A stretch of 64,000 bases of DNA, taken from the NCBI GenBank assembly GCA_012295275.1, contig CM022677.1, positions 12,772,001-12,836,000 on the forward strand. Direction: 5' to 3'. Source of the DNA: Chrysomallon squamiferum (lineage: Eukaryota > Animalia > Mollusca). Positions 26,458-39,190 of this stretch are shown piece by piece. How positions within the stretch are numbered: the first letter of the stretch is position 1; every line of letters starts with the position of its first letter. The notes below the pieces were generated by a model, which did no database searches, was not told where the DNA came from, and saw only the letters and a list, made by a program, of their open reading frames with translations. Both the position numbers and the translations under genes were made by a program.

Positions 26458-28266
26458 TTAGCGCGTGCGCAATAACACCAGATGGATATCCGGACTGAGA
26501 GTCAGATGTTTGGATTCGCATCTTCTGAAAAGTGTAAACGTTTTTCCATGTACACCATTCAGGTTCTCCATGACGCCGAACACGCTGGAGCTGTCCACCA
26601 TGATGCTGTCGCTGTCTGTGTTGCCCTCGTCGACGTACATTGATCGGAATGTGGCAAATGGAAATCCCTTACTGGACTGTTTAAATATGAGATCAGAAAC
26701 AACGAGTTCCGTTCTGTCCACTTTCGAAATCAACGTCAGCTTTGCTTTTTCTCCATTTCTGTAAAGAATCTTCAGCTCTCGTTTATCGACGTCGATATCC
26801 ACTTGATCAATGGGAGCAGCAGGTCTGATCAGGTCAACATCAGATGTTCCAACCACAACTGATGTTCCAAACGGAATCCAGTCTAATCCTGCAGGAGGGA
26901 GGGGCAGCAGGCGTACGTTTCCATCTTGATAGATAACAAGTGTCTCACTGTAACCCTCTGACCAAGGAACTGGAAGAATTATTTTAAAATAGTCTACTTT
27001 TCTATAAAGTTTGTCAGTATTTTTTACATATACTTTCATGGTTTCCGGATTTCTCCACCAAAAGTCTATATCAACACCTATAACAGTGAACTCGTTACTG
27101 GTGTATATAGGAAAATATTTTTCAGGTTTCATAGGTTTTCTTTCCAATTTTATTTCTTCGATACAAATGGAAAATACATCCTGTGCGGATAATGAAATTT
27201 TGATCAGATTTACGTTGTGTTCGATCCAAGAAAGGTTTGGGATTTGCCAATCGACGTCAGTTTTCCCGGGTTGTAAACCAGTTTCTTTGAGCGCAATTAA
27301 ATTTTTGTTTCTGTCTCTGTATGAAACCTGTATTTTTACAAATGAGGTCACTGGTTTGATTTTTAGACTGAAGACTGACCCAATATCAGCATCTATGTAA
27401 CCTTCTGATCTTCCTTTTAACATGAATGAAATTTCAATTACGGCTATTTTCGATGTGCTAGGTCCTGGATACACTTTCATAGTTGCCGAATTTGAAAATA
27501 AATGATTATTTATTTTATTCAAACAGAGGTGGGTAAAACTCCAGTAGAGAGGAGACAAAGCAACACAGTCAGTATTATTTGGTTCTCTTCTGTTTACAAA
27601 AGCTTTATACACTGGTAGAGTAGCTATTAGTTTGTACTGTTTCACGCTGTCGAGGTATACTGCTATTTTGACGTTGTCCTCTTCCGCACATTTAGATGGG
27701 TAACTTTTCTGTCTAAGTTTAGCTTTTTTGTCGACATTAATTCGAGACGAAGAGTTCAGATGGGGCAGATCATTCGTACAGTGAAGTTTACACTGCAGCA
27801 TGTCCTGCGCGAGACTGCTGTCATCAATATCTAGACTGACTGTGTTCAGTTCCACTCCATCAGATCCGTGAACCTGGATCTTTAAAATATACCAACCTCT
27901 TTCCAGAATTACTGATCCTTTCATCTCGGTACTGGAATGAAAAACATTCCAGTTATTTCCAGCTGTTTCTGGTGATATGGTGACAATGGATCCCATTTTC
28001 TTCTGGTTTAAAACTGCTGTGATGACTTCGGGATCGTTGCCATTGGAGTATCGTAAACTGGAGATTTTTACCGTGCTTGTTTTCTTCAGACAGAAGTAAA
28101 AATTAATGATTTCGTAGCCTGTTAAAAACACTACCTTCTTTGACAAAGCGTTTGATCGAAAATGTATTAGGTGTTTATCTCGAACCTCGGAGGCTGGTAA
28201 TGGGTGAATGTTGCCCAGACATAATCTGCAGAACGCTAAAAGTAGAACGGTCTTCACAACATACAT
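26458..28266 (-). CDS. Intact intronless secreted 602-aa protein; N-terminal CBM6/35-like beta-sandwich and uncharacterised C-terminal domain
   Basis: Uninterrupted 1809-bp ORF with signal peptide MYVVKTVLLLAFCRLCLG. LRYSNG...WNVF...LERGWYILKIQV..DGVELNTVSL resembles galactose-binding-like CBMs. C-terminal motifs CAEEDNV, YQDGNVRLLP, FGTSVVVG, PFATFRSMYV. Confidence 0.9.
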   Translation of the reverse strand: MYVVKTVLLLAFCRLCLGNIHPLPASEVRDKHLIHFRSNALSKKVVFLTGYEIINFYFCLKKTSTVKISSLRYSNGNDPEVITAVLNQKKMGSIVTISPETAGNNWNVFHSSTEMKGSVILERGWYILKIQVHGSDGVELNTVSLDIDDSSLAQDMLQCKLHCTNDLPHLNSSSRINVDKKAKLRQKSYPSKCAEEDNVKIAVYLDSVKQYKLIATLPVYKAFVNRREPNNTDCVALSPLYWSFTHLCLNKINNHLFSNSATMKVYPGPSTSKIAVIEISFMLKGRSEGYIDADIGSVFSLKIKPVTSFVKIQVSYRDRNKNLIALKETGLQPGKTDVDWQIPNLSWIEHNVNLIKISLSAQDVFSICIEEIKLERKPMKPEKYFPIYTSNEFTVIGVDIDFWWRNPETMKVYVKNTDKLYRKVDYFKIILPVPWSEGYSETLVIYQDGNVRLLPLPPAGLDWIPFGTSVVVGTSDVDLIRPAAPIDQVDIDVDKRELKILYRNGEKAKLTLISKVDRTELVVSDLIFKQSSKGFPFATFRSMYVDEGNTDSDSIMVDSSSVFGVMENLNGVHGKTFTLFRRCESKHLTLSPDIHLVLLRTR

Positions 28267-28347
28267 TTTTCCAAAGTTTCAAAACTGGTTACGTATGATT
28301 CTTAGATAAGAAGACACAACAGGGCCCGGCTGCTGTAGCTCAGCTGG

Positions 28348-28403
28348 TTTATACACGTGTGACGTCACTGTACTAATCGGTCTCCAGTCAGCGTTATGAC
28401 TCA
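28348..28403 (-). promoter_or_regulatory. Promoter of the 602-aa gene: TATA, E-box, CRE, AP-1
   Basis: TATAAA (minus, 28353-28348) abuts CACGTG (28354-28359) and TGACGTCA (28360-28367); TGACTCA at 28397-28403. TATA lies ~82 nt upstream of the ATG. Confidence 0.65.
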
Positions 28404-28542
28404 GTCGTTCAAAGAACTACTCTGAAAAATCGTAATTTAATGTCAGCTGTTAACCTTGGTTATATTTAGTTTTATAAACTAAATTTTATAATTAAATCCT
28501 TTAGCATAATAATATATACATACATAATATTACAGACACCAA

Positions 28543-28574
<32 letters not shown>

Positions 28575-30214
28575 ACACACATACACATACACGCACACTC
28601 ACATATATACTGGACAGGCTACAAACATAAACAGTCTCCCAGACAGATTATATACATAAATATACATACACGGGCACATGAACAAAAACATACACATACC
28701 CCACTTTCATTCATATAGTCATAAAATACACAATCCCATATGTGCTATTATTGTAATATGGAAACTTAAAAACATATACGCAGTCATGTTTTAAACTTGT
28801 CACGTACTCATTCACATAGACAGACATATACACACCAGCAATAACTTATCTTCACACATGATACATACACACAATATGCAAACACAGACTAACTCATATA
28901 TGTACATTCAGACACACACACACACACACATCTTCATTTTCTCTCAAATTAAGCCACATTTGTACCAAGTGCTTAATTTTCATCAGTTTTAACAGTATCT
29001 ACTTAACAAGGTAAGCAAGCTATCAAAAGTGCATTTTTTCTTCTCCTTAATTCCACAATTTGCCAATATCTACTACTGATTTTGCTTTTTCTTTATAACA
29101 ATTTAGCATTTTACAAGTCTGAATTCACTGTTAATTACAAAGTGAATCAAAATCTAACTGAAAGAATAAAAATATAAATTATAACATAAACTAATCGTAA
29201 GAAAGGATATAAAAAAAAAAACCAAAACCAATAGTAATCTGTACACGTCATGGATTAGCAATAAAAACTATGTAAAAAAAAAATATATATATACTATAAG
29301 AAAAAACTATTTTGTGTACAAAAGTTTCATTTCTTTTTTTAGTATTTAAACAAATTTCTGTTTATTTAAACAAAATTGTATCACCTCACATCAACTCCTG
29401 TAAACAAACACAAACACACACACACATGACAACAACACCAACAACTGAAAGAAAAAGCATATTAAAAATAATTATTTTTCTTGTACAAACATACATTTGA
29501 TAGCCATACAGAAAAATTAACTATAATCTAAACTAAAATTATAATCTCTTTCAAATATTTATAATTTTTTATTATTAAACAATTATACAACTATTATTAT
29601 ACATCATGGAGGATTTATAATGATTTTTCTAAATCACTGTTACATATGTAAATATATATAATCTTGATAGAGAATTATGCAAAATATTTATTAAGTAAAA
29701 AAAAAAAATAAATAAATAAAACTTTTTCCAGCACTAAATAAAACTTGGTTTTGGTACATTGTGCTATTTTCGGTAACTCGATATATTATATTATATATTT
29801 GTTTTGTTTTTACATATACATACGTCTGGTTTAGACAAGTGTCCTGTGTACCCAGTTTCATGTGATAAATAGTAAAAAGTATACAATTACTATACCCTGC
29901 TAAACTAATAAATATTTCTCAAGCAAAATATATAGACAAAGCATTTTAAATATATGGCAACATAAATTTTGTAAAAAAAAAATAATATGGTTACAAATAT
30001 TGGCGCAAAAAAAAAAAATAATAATAATAAAAAAAAAAATAAATAAATAAATAAATAGAGGCAATTATAAAAAAAAAAAAAAAAAAAAAAAATCAAGAGA
30101 AATAAAACAGAGCAAGATTATTTTTTATTTGTTCTTGCAGATAGTCCTGCAGTTTATATCATAGATTATATTGATGTATTATTATAATCAGCCTGTCAGA
30201 ATAATGGAATGTTA

Positions 30215-30263
<49 letters not shown>

Positions 30264-30909
30264 AAAATATACTCTTAAAGCTTCCAGGATTAATAGATAA
30301 AAAAAATAAAACAAATGTCTGTCATGGAAATAGTGACTCCACGGTTATGAATTAAATTAAATAAAGTCCTGTAGGAAATACTAGGTAAATGAAATAATGT
30401 TTGATTAAAGGCACTAAACAGAATGATCAGTATGAAACATAATAATTAGTAATTCAGAGGTTTGTATACAGTTGAACTTGCATAATCAATGATTCTTATG
30501 TATTTATATTTTTATTTTTAACTTTAGGTAAATGTATATGAGAGAGAGAGTTATATTTTGACATAAGGAAAACAATGATTAGTAAAAAAAAAAACTAGTA
30601 TGTGCACAAAACCAAACACTTTTATAATATTATTTTCAGTATAATTTAAAATATTTATATATAAATATAGTTTATTAACAAAACCAAGAATTTAGTGTTT
30701 AATATACACATCATTACAAACAAATTATATGATCAACATCTATTGTAGCAGATAGATCACATTAGACAATCTACTGATATATACTGTAGCTCAAAATATT
30801 CGGACTCTCTTTTTGCGATGGATTCTCAAAACCTTTATGAAAATAGCAGATACTCCAGGAAGAGGGAGACAAGGATCCTGTATCACATACATGGTGAAGA
30901 AACTCTTAC

Positions 30910-31053
30910 CTTATTAAATTATCAGTTTCAGCAGATAAAGTGATTTTAAAAGATTTTAAGAACGCGAGCTCCCTTCAGTTTGTTTACGAAACTTCCAGCT
31001 ACTTTGTGTAGGAACGCCAGTCGCACTGTCTTCACAGCGCTTAATTGACGTCA
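30910..31053 (-). promoter_or_regulatory. Possible CRE-containing promoter and non-coding first exon
   Basis: TGACGTCA at 31046-31053, CpG-richer segment, then strong donor AAG|GTAAG at 30909. Conserved in the inverted copy (61318-61447). Confidence 0.35.
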
Positions 31054-31505
31054 CAAAATTGACAAAAAAAAAAAAATAAAAAAAAAAAAATGAAACGTCG
31101 GACCCGATTCAAATGTTGTTCCACAAAAAGTTTTGCCTCAGCAGGATCAGTTATGAGCGATTTCTTTTCTCTTCTTTTCTTTTTATTGCAAATAATCAAT
31201 TTTATTGACCTAATTCAAACAAAGATTCACATTTTAATATTTTGAACACGACGTCAGGTGCCCTGAATCATTAGTTTAACCATCTGACTGGTTAAACAAT
31301 GTAGATGTATTTATTTAATTACTTATTGAATTATTAATTTAAAAACAGAATAACTTAAATATTATTTTCTAAAGAGATACTGTATTTTTTTGTTGTCTTA
31401 TTATCTTTGCTAACAATAAAAATTTTGAGCTGATATTATTATTGTAAAAATATAGTCTAATCACATTTTATATTTCTGTTTCACTTGTTCATATATTTTC
31501 TCTTT

Positions 31506-31575
<70 letters not shown>

Positions 31576-31971
31576 CTTTCAAAAAACAACAACATAAAAT
31601 TCTATGACTATCTGTTTTAGTAATTTTTCTTGTTAATTGAAAGATTATATTTATTTCAGGCAGCTGAGTTTTACTACCAGATTTTGAATATACACTTGTT
31701 ATTCAGATGTTATAATTACAAATGTTAATATTTTTTTTAAAAATGTTATTTTTTTCTATTTCTGTTGTTGCCTCGTTATTCATTATTAATGCAGTTTTAA
31801 GATAAATTTGAATGAACTGTTACGAATGCAATAAACATCTCTTCTAAAAACACATTTGTATTTCAGTGTGATAGAAGAATCTTCCACTTGTAAATGTCCC
31901 TTGCTGTGTCTTTTGTATCTTAAGCCTGGGAACTGCGGAATTAATTATCACTAAAGAGTTCTTGTTTTGCA

Positions 31972-32152
31972 GAATGATCTGGCGACAGACGTCTAGCGGC
32001 AAGGTTCAACACGTTGTCAAATAACGCGAGTTCCTTTTCTTTCTTATAAAAGCCCGGACATTTTTTTTTTTTTTAAGGATACGACAGACACGCCCGCTGG
32101 CCTGTCAGAAAGTGTGGCTGTCGTAGACGTGCCTCACAACAGCTCGCTCTGA
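31972..32152 (+). pseudogene. Diverged paralogous relic of the 3' part of the 18.8-19.2 kb exon
   Basis: acagacacgcccgctggcctgtcagaaagtgtggctgtcgtagacgtgcctcacaacagctcgctctga matches the reverse complement of 18808-18876. Preceded by acceptor ttttgcag. Confidence 0.6.
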
Positions 32153-32244
32153 TTAGCAAGTCAAATTTTTCCATTTGCATTTGTTCAGGCAGAGCGAGTT
32201 GTGTTTTCTTTACCAACGAAATTACTGTTCGGGATAGCAGTTGA

Positions 32245-32311
<67 letters not shown>

Positions 32312-32494
32312 TTTGCTATCTTTTATTGTTATTTTTTCTTTTTCATAATTTAAAAAACAAAAAAAAAAACCCCAATTAATTTCTCTTATATTTCTACTAT
32401 TTTAAAGCATTATTGTCCTGGGTTGTATTTTTATACGTGTTTCATTGAGCAGGCTGTTGCGCATTGTAGTTTTTTTCCTGTATAAAGTTTTGCA

Positions 32495-32881
32495 TCGAAA
32501 TGGGAAACTCTTGGCAGCTGAACAGGTTCGAGTGATTTATATTGACACAATACGAGGCAGCAGGGATCTGTATTATAATGAGCATACATTTCGCGTAAGT
32601 AAAAAGAATGGGTAGAGAACAGACTGGAAATGTGTTGTTAACTCGCAGTGTCTGTGGACAACATGTTGCAGACGGCAGAACAGATGCAGCAACAACCACG
32701 CGGCCGTGCCATTCCAATACAGAAATGTAGAAACACTTTGGCAATGACGGTCACCGAACAAATAACCACTTGGAAGGATGGCGCCATGAAATCAATCAAA
32801 TCGCCCAGAAGAGTCATCCGACCACAACGAGAACTTTTGTATTTCAACTGCGAGCATCAACGGAAATATTTTTTAAAATAA
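32495..32881 (+). mobile_element. FLYWCH zinc-finger / MULE transposase N-terminal relic
   Basis: IDTIRGSRDLYYNEHTFRVSKKNG*RTDWKCVVNSQC..SVDN fits the FLYWCH pattern (RG..L.Y....F.......W.C...C). This copy has a 16-bp deletion relative to the 60.1-60.5 kb copy. Confidence 0.55.
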
Positions 32882-35245
32882 ATCACCTTCGTTTGCTTTC
32901 CTTCTTCATTTTTTCATCATTTATTTATTTATTTATTTACTATTTTGTTTCTTTATTTTTTTACTTATTCTGTGTTTTGTTGTTCTCTCATGTATATACT
33001 TCTCTTTGAATATTTAATTTCTTGTACATTTTGTAACAGTTGTAGTCTCCGTTATTGTCATTATTGTACGTTTTGCGTTCACACTGAATCGTGGAACTGA
33101 ATTATGGAAACAACTGATGTATTACTGAAATTTGAATTAAAATGTTATGCTGTTTTTATGTTGAATAGTTTGTTGTATTAACATATACAAATTAACATAC
33201 AGAGAGATAGACACACAGACATACGACGTAAGGATAGATTTTTACACCAGAGCGTTAAAACTTTGGTATTGTTGTATATATCTTTAAAATTTAGAAACGA
33301 ACTGTTACTGCTAACACGTGCAGTGGTACAGAAGTAGTTCGTTGTTACTTTTGACTACACAAAACACCGTCAACCAGGTAAAAGGAAAATTAATGAGATA
33401 GATCCTAATTAGTACACAAGTTTTTCTACGTCACAGAGATACAGTGAAGATATATTAACAACAAATCCCGTGACCGTAGAATTCATTTAGCCCCATTTAC
33501 ACCATTTATTCTACATCCAGGGCCCTACATGGCAGATACACAATGAGAAATATATTAACGTGGTATTTTATTGAGTTCTCTAGAAATTACGTTACATTTA
33601 CTGTTACTAGCTGTTTTTAATGAATACACTGTGATTGATATGTAATAACGAATATTTTGTTAAGAATACTATATTATAGATGATTTTTACAGAGCATAAT
33701 GGAAAAAGAGTTTTGTAGTTTACATGATATTATAGATATTCAGATATTTAGGATTTCTTCGCTAATACAGTTACGCAGATCTAATACTACGCTGTAAATT
33801 ACAATAAAAGGTGAAGCAGTAATATTAACCGAATATTTTCAAAAATTCAGCTGTTTCCAGACAAACGTCCTTTGTCTTATTAACATAACTAGAATACAGA
33901 AGACGTGCCTAGAATAAAAGTGAGAAGATGCTGGATTAGGTTGATATAAATAAGAAATTATATTGATAATTAGAGTTTATGCCGATAACCTTTATTTTAT
34001 TAAGTTAATCAGGAAGGACATTCCATAATTTAATGAAGATACTGGGCTTCTCCTAAAATATAAAAAATTAGTATCACTCATTATAAATATATTCTGTGAT
34101 GTAGATAATAAAATATAATATTAATTTTCTACGTAAACAACATAAATAGCGCAATCGGAATTAAATTGCGTCTTATAAAAAATTATAGTGTAAGTAGCAG
34201 TATTCTAAGTTATTCGTATAAAAAGTGTTTGTGTTATAAAAGATACGGGATATCTCAAGTTGAAAGTACGATCATCAATGTTAAAATAAAAAAAAAGAAA
34301 ACGTTTTTTTCATTTATTCCCGTTATCAGAATAGTTTATAGTTGAGTCTGTTAGGCCCTATTAACATGAGCGCAGTGCATACTTCAGTTTTCATTAATAA
34401 CATAATTTATTCATTAATATCGAAGTCGTTTTTGTAGTTGTGATTATACATTGCGGTTCCATAAACAAGAGATTCTCATGTAATTAATATGACGTGGATA
34501 TAACGGAATATCACATTAAACTTTTCGTTTATGTTTAATAATTCAAAAATTTACTGAGTAACAGTACGCTGTATATTTCTCCAAATTCAGGTATTGTCCA
34601 TGAGTAAATATCATCATTTTAATCTATAGTGATTATTTTAATGATCATGTTAGTCTTTAATGTAATGAAATGTCTTTTGTGATTCTCCTATGAAATTAAA
34701 GGATAAACTTACAGTTGCTATTATTATATTCAGCGGTGCAGCTATTAGAAAGCAATATCAATGATAACAAAATTTTAAATTGTTTTCACTATAAACTGTT
34801 TTGACGATATTAAAGTTCTACAACTCTATATGCGTAACCCGTGACGCGTGTTTTTCTCACTGTGTCCAGTTTATTCTACAAACAGTTTCTACTGACAGAA
34901 AAGAAACAAAGTAAATTCCTCTCTGAATTTCTTGTTATCTGTGTAAAAACCTGAAATGCTCATCACATTAAAAACTGATAATTATTTTTGAGGAGTTATT
35001 TTTTTGATTTTTTTGATTTATTATTATTTTGTTTCATTTGTTTTAGTTTTTCTTCAATTTTTTAATTTTTTAATTAATTATTATTTTTTATGATTCTAAT
35101 AATATATTATTCGTTTACACTGAGCTGGATCGTATAAACTGACTTAGATAAAACTGGTTATTGCTTTAATTCGAGACGAATTTAGTGTATTTTTTAAATA
35201 AGTAAGAACGTAAATAAGTAAGTATATTAATAAATAAATAAATAA

Positions 35246-35427
35246 ATATTGCCGAATGCATGGACCATCCCAAGTTTAATCCGTTTAAAGAATTTGATTT
35301 GTTCTGGCGAAGCAACGAAGATTTGCGAGCTGAGCTATACGCACTTCGAAAGCCGCCAAAACACTACTACGAGCTTCTCAGAAAGAACAAAGAGTTGTGC
35401 AATATTCTCACAGATTTATTGTATTAG
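35246..35427 (+). pseudogene. 5'-truncated copy of the EVE-adjacent small ORF (3' half only)
   Basis: Near-identical to the reverse complement of 9080-9260; homology starts abruptly after a (TAAA)n run. Confidence 0.75.
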
Positions 35428-38039
35428 AACAAAACTTTGATCTGTCTGTCAGTCTCCTTTCCTTAGGTTCTTCTACAATAGAAAACAGAATTTACTCTGT
35501 AAAATTACTGATTGTGTTATATTTCTTTTTACTTTTTTTCTGTTGGCTACGATTTTATTTCTAAACTCACTGCTCCAGGGAGCATTAATTTCATTGTACC
35601 TTAACATCAAAACATTATTTATTTATAAATGCAATATTGTTTATTTATTTATTATTTTATTTCTTGCTTTATTTCTTTAGTTACTACAATTTAAAAAAAA
35701 AGAAGAAATTTTGTTAACGTCATATACATTCTGTACCACTTTTCAGTTTAAACTATATAAAAAGCCACTACTAAACATATTCTTTCATTATTTGTATCTA
35801 TGTGTATATACACATACATATCCACATGCATCAAAAAAATACACACATACACACACAAACACATAAACAAACACTCATACAAACATACATTGGCTCAGGG
35901 TACATTTGTGATTCATATGTTTCAGAAAAAAAGTATTTAATTACTTTTATATTTTTTAAAATGTATTTATTTATAGTTGTTTTTTCTTCTTTCTTTTTTC
36001 CTTTTTTTTTTCTCATTTACAATACACATACAGTGTTCAACAAAAATATTTTGTATTTGTAAATATTTTGAAAACAAATAATGGCTTTAAAAAAAAATAA
36101 TAATAATAATAAAAAAAAATAAAAAAATAAAAAAAATAAATGAAAACAAAAATGTCTAATCACATGTAAATAAAATACAAATGTTGTGTTTTTCCTATCT
36201 TTTGTGTTTGTTTTAACATATCACAGTTTAGGTTTGGTTAGACCAGGAAATTATGTCAGAGAAAAATGAAAATTGATACAGCTCTGCTCACTATTATTAT
36301 AATTATCATCTGCAGGCTACTTACTATTATTGTAATTATCATTACTAAATCTAATTTTTATTATAATTATCTGTTCACACACACTTGATAAATAACTGGT
36401 TTCTACATTCTGGTTTGTAAAAAAACTGGCATTTTGCAGATTATATACTTTAAAACATTTTTTTTTAGAAAAATATAAAAATAATTAAGAAATAATATAA
36501 TTAAATAAATAAATAAAAATAATTTTAAAAAGTCTAAATATTTGTCATGCTTCTGCAAGGCATGTGCACATCTGTATATAAAAAACAATCATATACATGT
36601 TCTGTATTTTGTGTAAACACATCAGAACCTTAACACTACAAATGTTTTAATAACTAACCTGACTATCAAGACCACTATTACAAACAAAACCTTACATAAT
36701 CAGCAATATGTTAGTAACTGCAGTATTGAAAACATGTGATAAATCATGCTACTCAGTGATAAATAATAATGACAATTCTTACAATCTGTGTTTATATTAT
36801 GTGCATTTGAGTGTATATATATTTGTGTAAGTCTGTATACATGTATATTTGAGTGTATGTATTTTTATATGTATGTATGCATGTGTATCTGTGTGTGTTT
36901 ATATTATGTGCATTTGAGTGTGTATATATTTGTGTAAGTCTGTATCTGTATGTATCTGTGTGCTTATTATGTGTGCATGACTAGGTATGTATTTCTGCAT
37001 CTTTGCATGTATGTGTATCTGTGTATGTTTGTATTGTATGTTTGTATGTATGTATGTTTGTATGTCTGTATGTATGTGTAGATATGTTTGTATTATGTGT
37101 GTAAAAGTATGAATGTATTTGTGTATCTGTGTGTTTGTATTTTGTGTGTGTTGTTTTGTGTGAGTGTTGTTTGTGTGAATTTATTTAGTCAAATTATCTA
37201 GTGATCATGAATATGTTTCTGAATGTGTGTACATGTGTATCTTTTAGAATGTTTGTATAGATGTATATATATATATGTATGTGTCTGTATTAGTGTATAT
37301 ATGTATTAGTATGGATTATGTGTACTTATATCTAAGTATGTATGTATGAGTACTTGTGCTTGTATTACTGAGTGTAAGTTTGGATCAATGCCAAATAAAT
37401 TACTGGTTCAGAAAACATTATCTGAACTCCAAAAACAAATCTGATAATAAAGACAATTTATCTAGAACTACTATGTGTGCTTTATGTTGTTTTTTACCTG
37501 CTGAAATTAAATAGCAATAAAAATTGAATAAAATACCTATTTATAATGAATTATATATATTTTTTTTAAATAATTAGTTACTAATTTAAAATCAAACACA
37601 CATTAAAATAGAAAAACATATTTCATAAACATACACAATTAAAAAAACTCATAATTCATCATAAACTAACACACACATATATGCACATACACATGTATAC
37701 ATATGCATACATATACAAAAAATCCATACAAACACAGATACAAACACCCACAATCACACAGAAACACATACACACACAGACACTCAGACTTACATATATA
37801 CAGACACACATACACCATACAAATGCAGACAAATTCACATACACACACATACAAACTTGCATACAAGACACATACACACTCACCACACATACACAGAAAC
37901 ACACTCCCACACACACATACATACATACATACATAAAAACTCACTCTTACACATCATACAAAGATAATTATGTAGAAACAAAATGACACACAGTACTATA
38001 AAGAGATAAGAGGTATATAAAAATATCACTTGTTTGTAG

Positions 38040-38523
38040 GTAAAAAGATGATGGAGGTAGAGCATGTGCCTGTGATAGAAAACAGCAGTAACACAGTCAG
38101 AGAAAACACCAGTAACACAGTCAGTGAAAACACCAGTAACACAGTCAGTGAAAACACCAGTAACACAGTCAGTGAAAACACCAGTAACACAGTCAGTGAA
38201 AACAGCAGTAACACAGTCAGTGAAAACACCAGTAACACAGTCAGTGAAAACACCAGTAACACAGTCAGTGAAAACACCAGTAACACAGTCAGTGAAAACA
38301 CCAGTAACACAGTCAGTGAAAACACCAGTAACACAGTCAGTGAAAACACCAGTAACACAGTCAGTGAAAACACCAGTAACACAGTCAGTGAAAACAGCAG
38401 TAACACAGTCTGTGAAAACACAGTTCAGTCAGAAACTAGCTTAAAGAGAACAGCAGTAACACAGTCAGTGGAAACAGCAGTTCAGTTCAGAAGCTGGCTT
38501 AAAAAGACAGAAGGCGTGGTGAA
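38040..38523 (+). CDS. Putative exon with (ENTSNTVS)n repeats (24-bp minisatellite), truncated by the gap
   Basis: Acceptor cttgtttgtag|G; open frame GKKMMEVEHVPVIENSSNTV...; ~14 copies of gaaaacaccagtaacacagtcagt, each with an N-x-S sequon. Confidence 0.45.
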
Positions 38524-38723
38524 NNNNNNNNNNNNNNNNNNNNNNNNNNNNNNNNNNNNNNNNNNNNNNNNNNNNNNNNNNNNNNNNNNNNNNNNNNNNN
38601 NNNNNNNNNNNNNNNNNNNNNNNNNNNNNNNNNNNNNNNNNNNNNNNNNNNNNNNNNNNNNNNNNNNNNNNNNNNNNNNNNNNNNNNNNNNNNNNNNNNN
38701 NNNNNNNNNNNNNNNNNNNNNNN
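38524..38723. other. Assembly gap (200 N)
   Basis: Run of N of round length, typical of a scaffolding join. Confidence 1.
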
Positions 38724-39190
38724 TAACAAATAATATGTAATCACACAACGAGCTAGAAACGGTGAACAGCCGTCCTGTTTCTGTGTTTGACTAGGCGTAG
38801 AACTACCGCCATGGTCGGATTAAGATCTTTAGTGGCTCTGCTATCAACAATTTTGATGCGCAATTTGTATGTAAACAATGCAAACAAATATAAAGAATAA
38901 TAAATCATAGAATAAAATGTAGTTTTCAAAAGGAAACAAAAGTTATAGTGGAGCTGGAAAATAATCTTTAGTTTTGTGTAGTTCCACTAAATTTATACTG
39001 GGAATGTTTTCTCTTATTTTATATTTTTTATTTTTATTTTTTATAAGCAGTGTTTGGTCAGATCGACAATACGTATTTTAGTTATTAATGTACACCGTTA
39101 ATCTCTATTATAATTTTTGTTACTGTGTGTGTGTGTTTGATTTTCACTGAAAAATAATTCCTTTTAATTCCATTTAAAAAGAAACTTAGA

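Larger units (their letters stand above)
26339..38523. repeat. Left arm of large inverted duplication (partner ~54400-64000)
   Basis: Collinear reverse-complement identity throughout (e.g. 33300-35250 vs 57790-59720). Ends at the N gap; homology runs to the window edge on the partner side. Confidence 0.92.

Noticed and set aside
27011-27400. Antisense ORFs (129 aa and 99 aa) conserved in both copies
   Set aside because: Shadow frames of the 602-aa gene; conservation follows from the recent duplication.
38488-38523. Unique sequence ending the repeat exon before the gap
   Set aside because: Not present in the paralogs and lies at a contig end; likely low-quality sequence.
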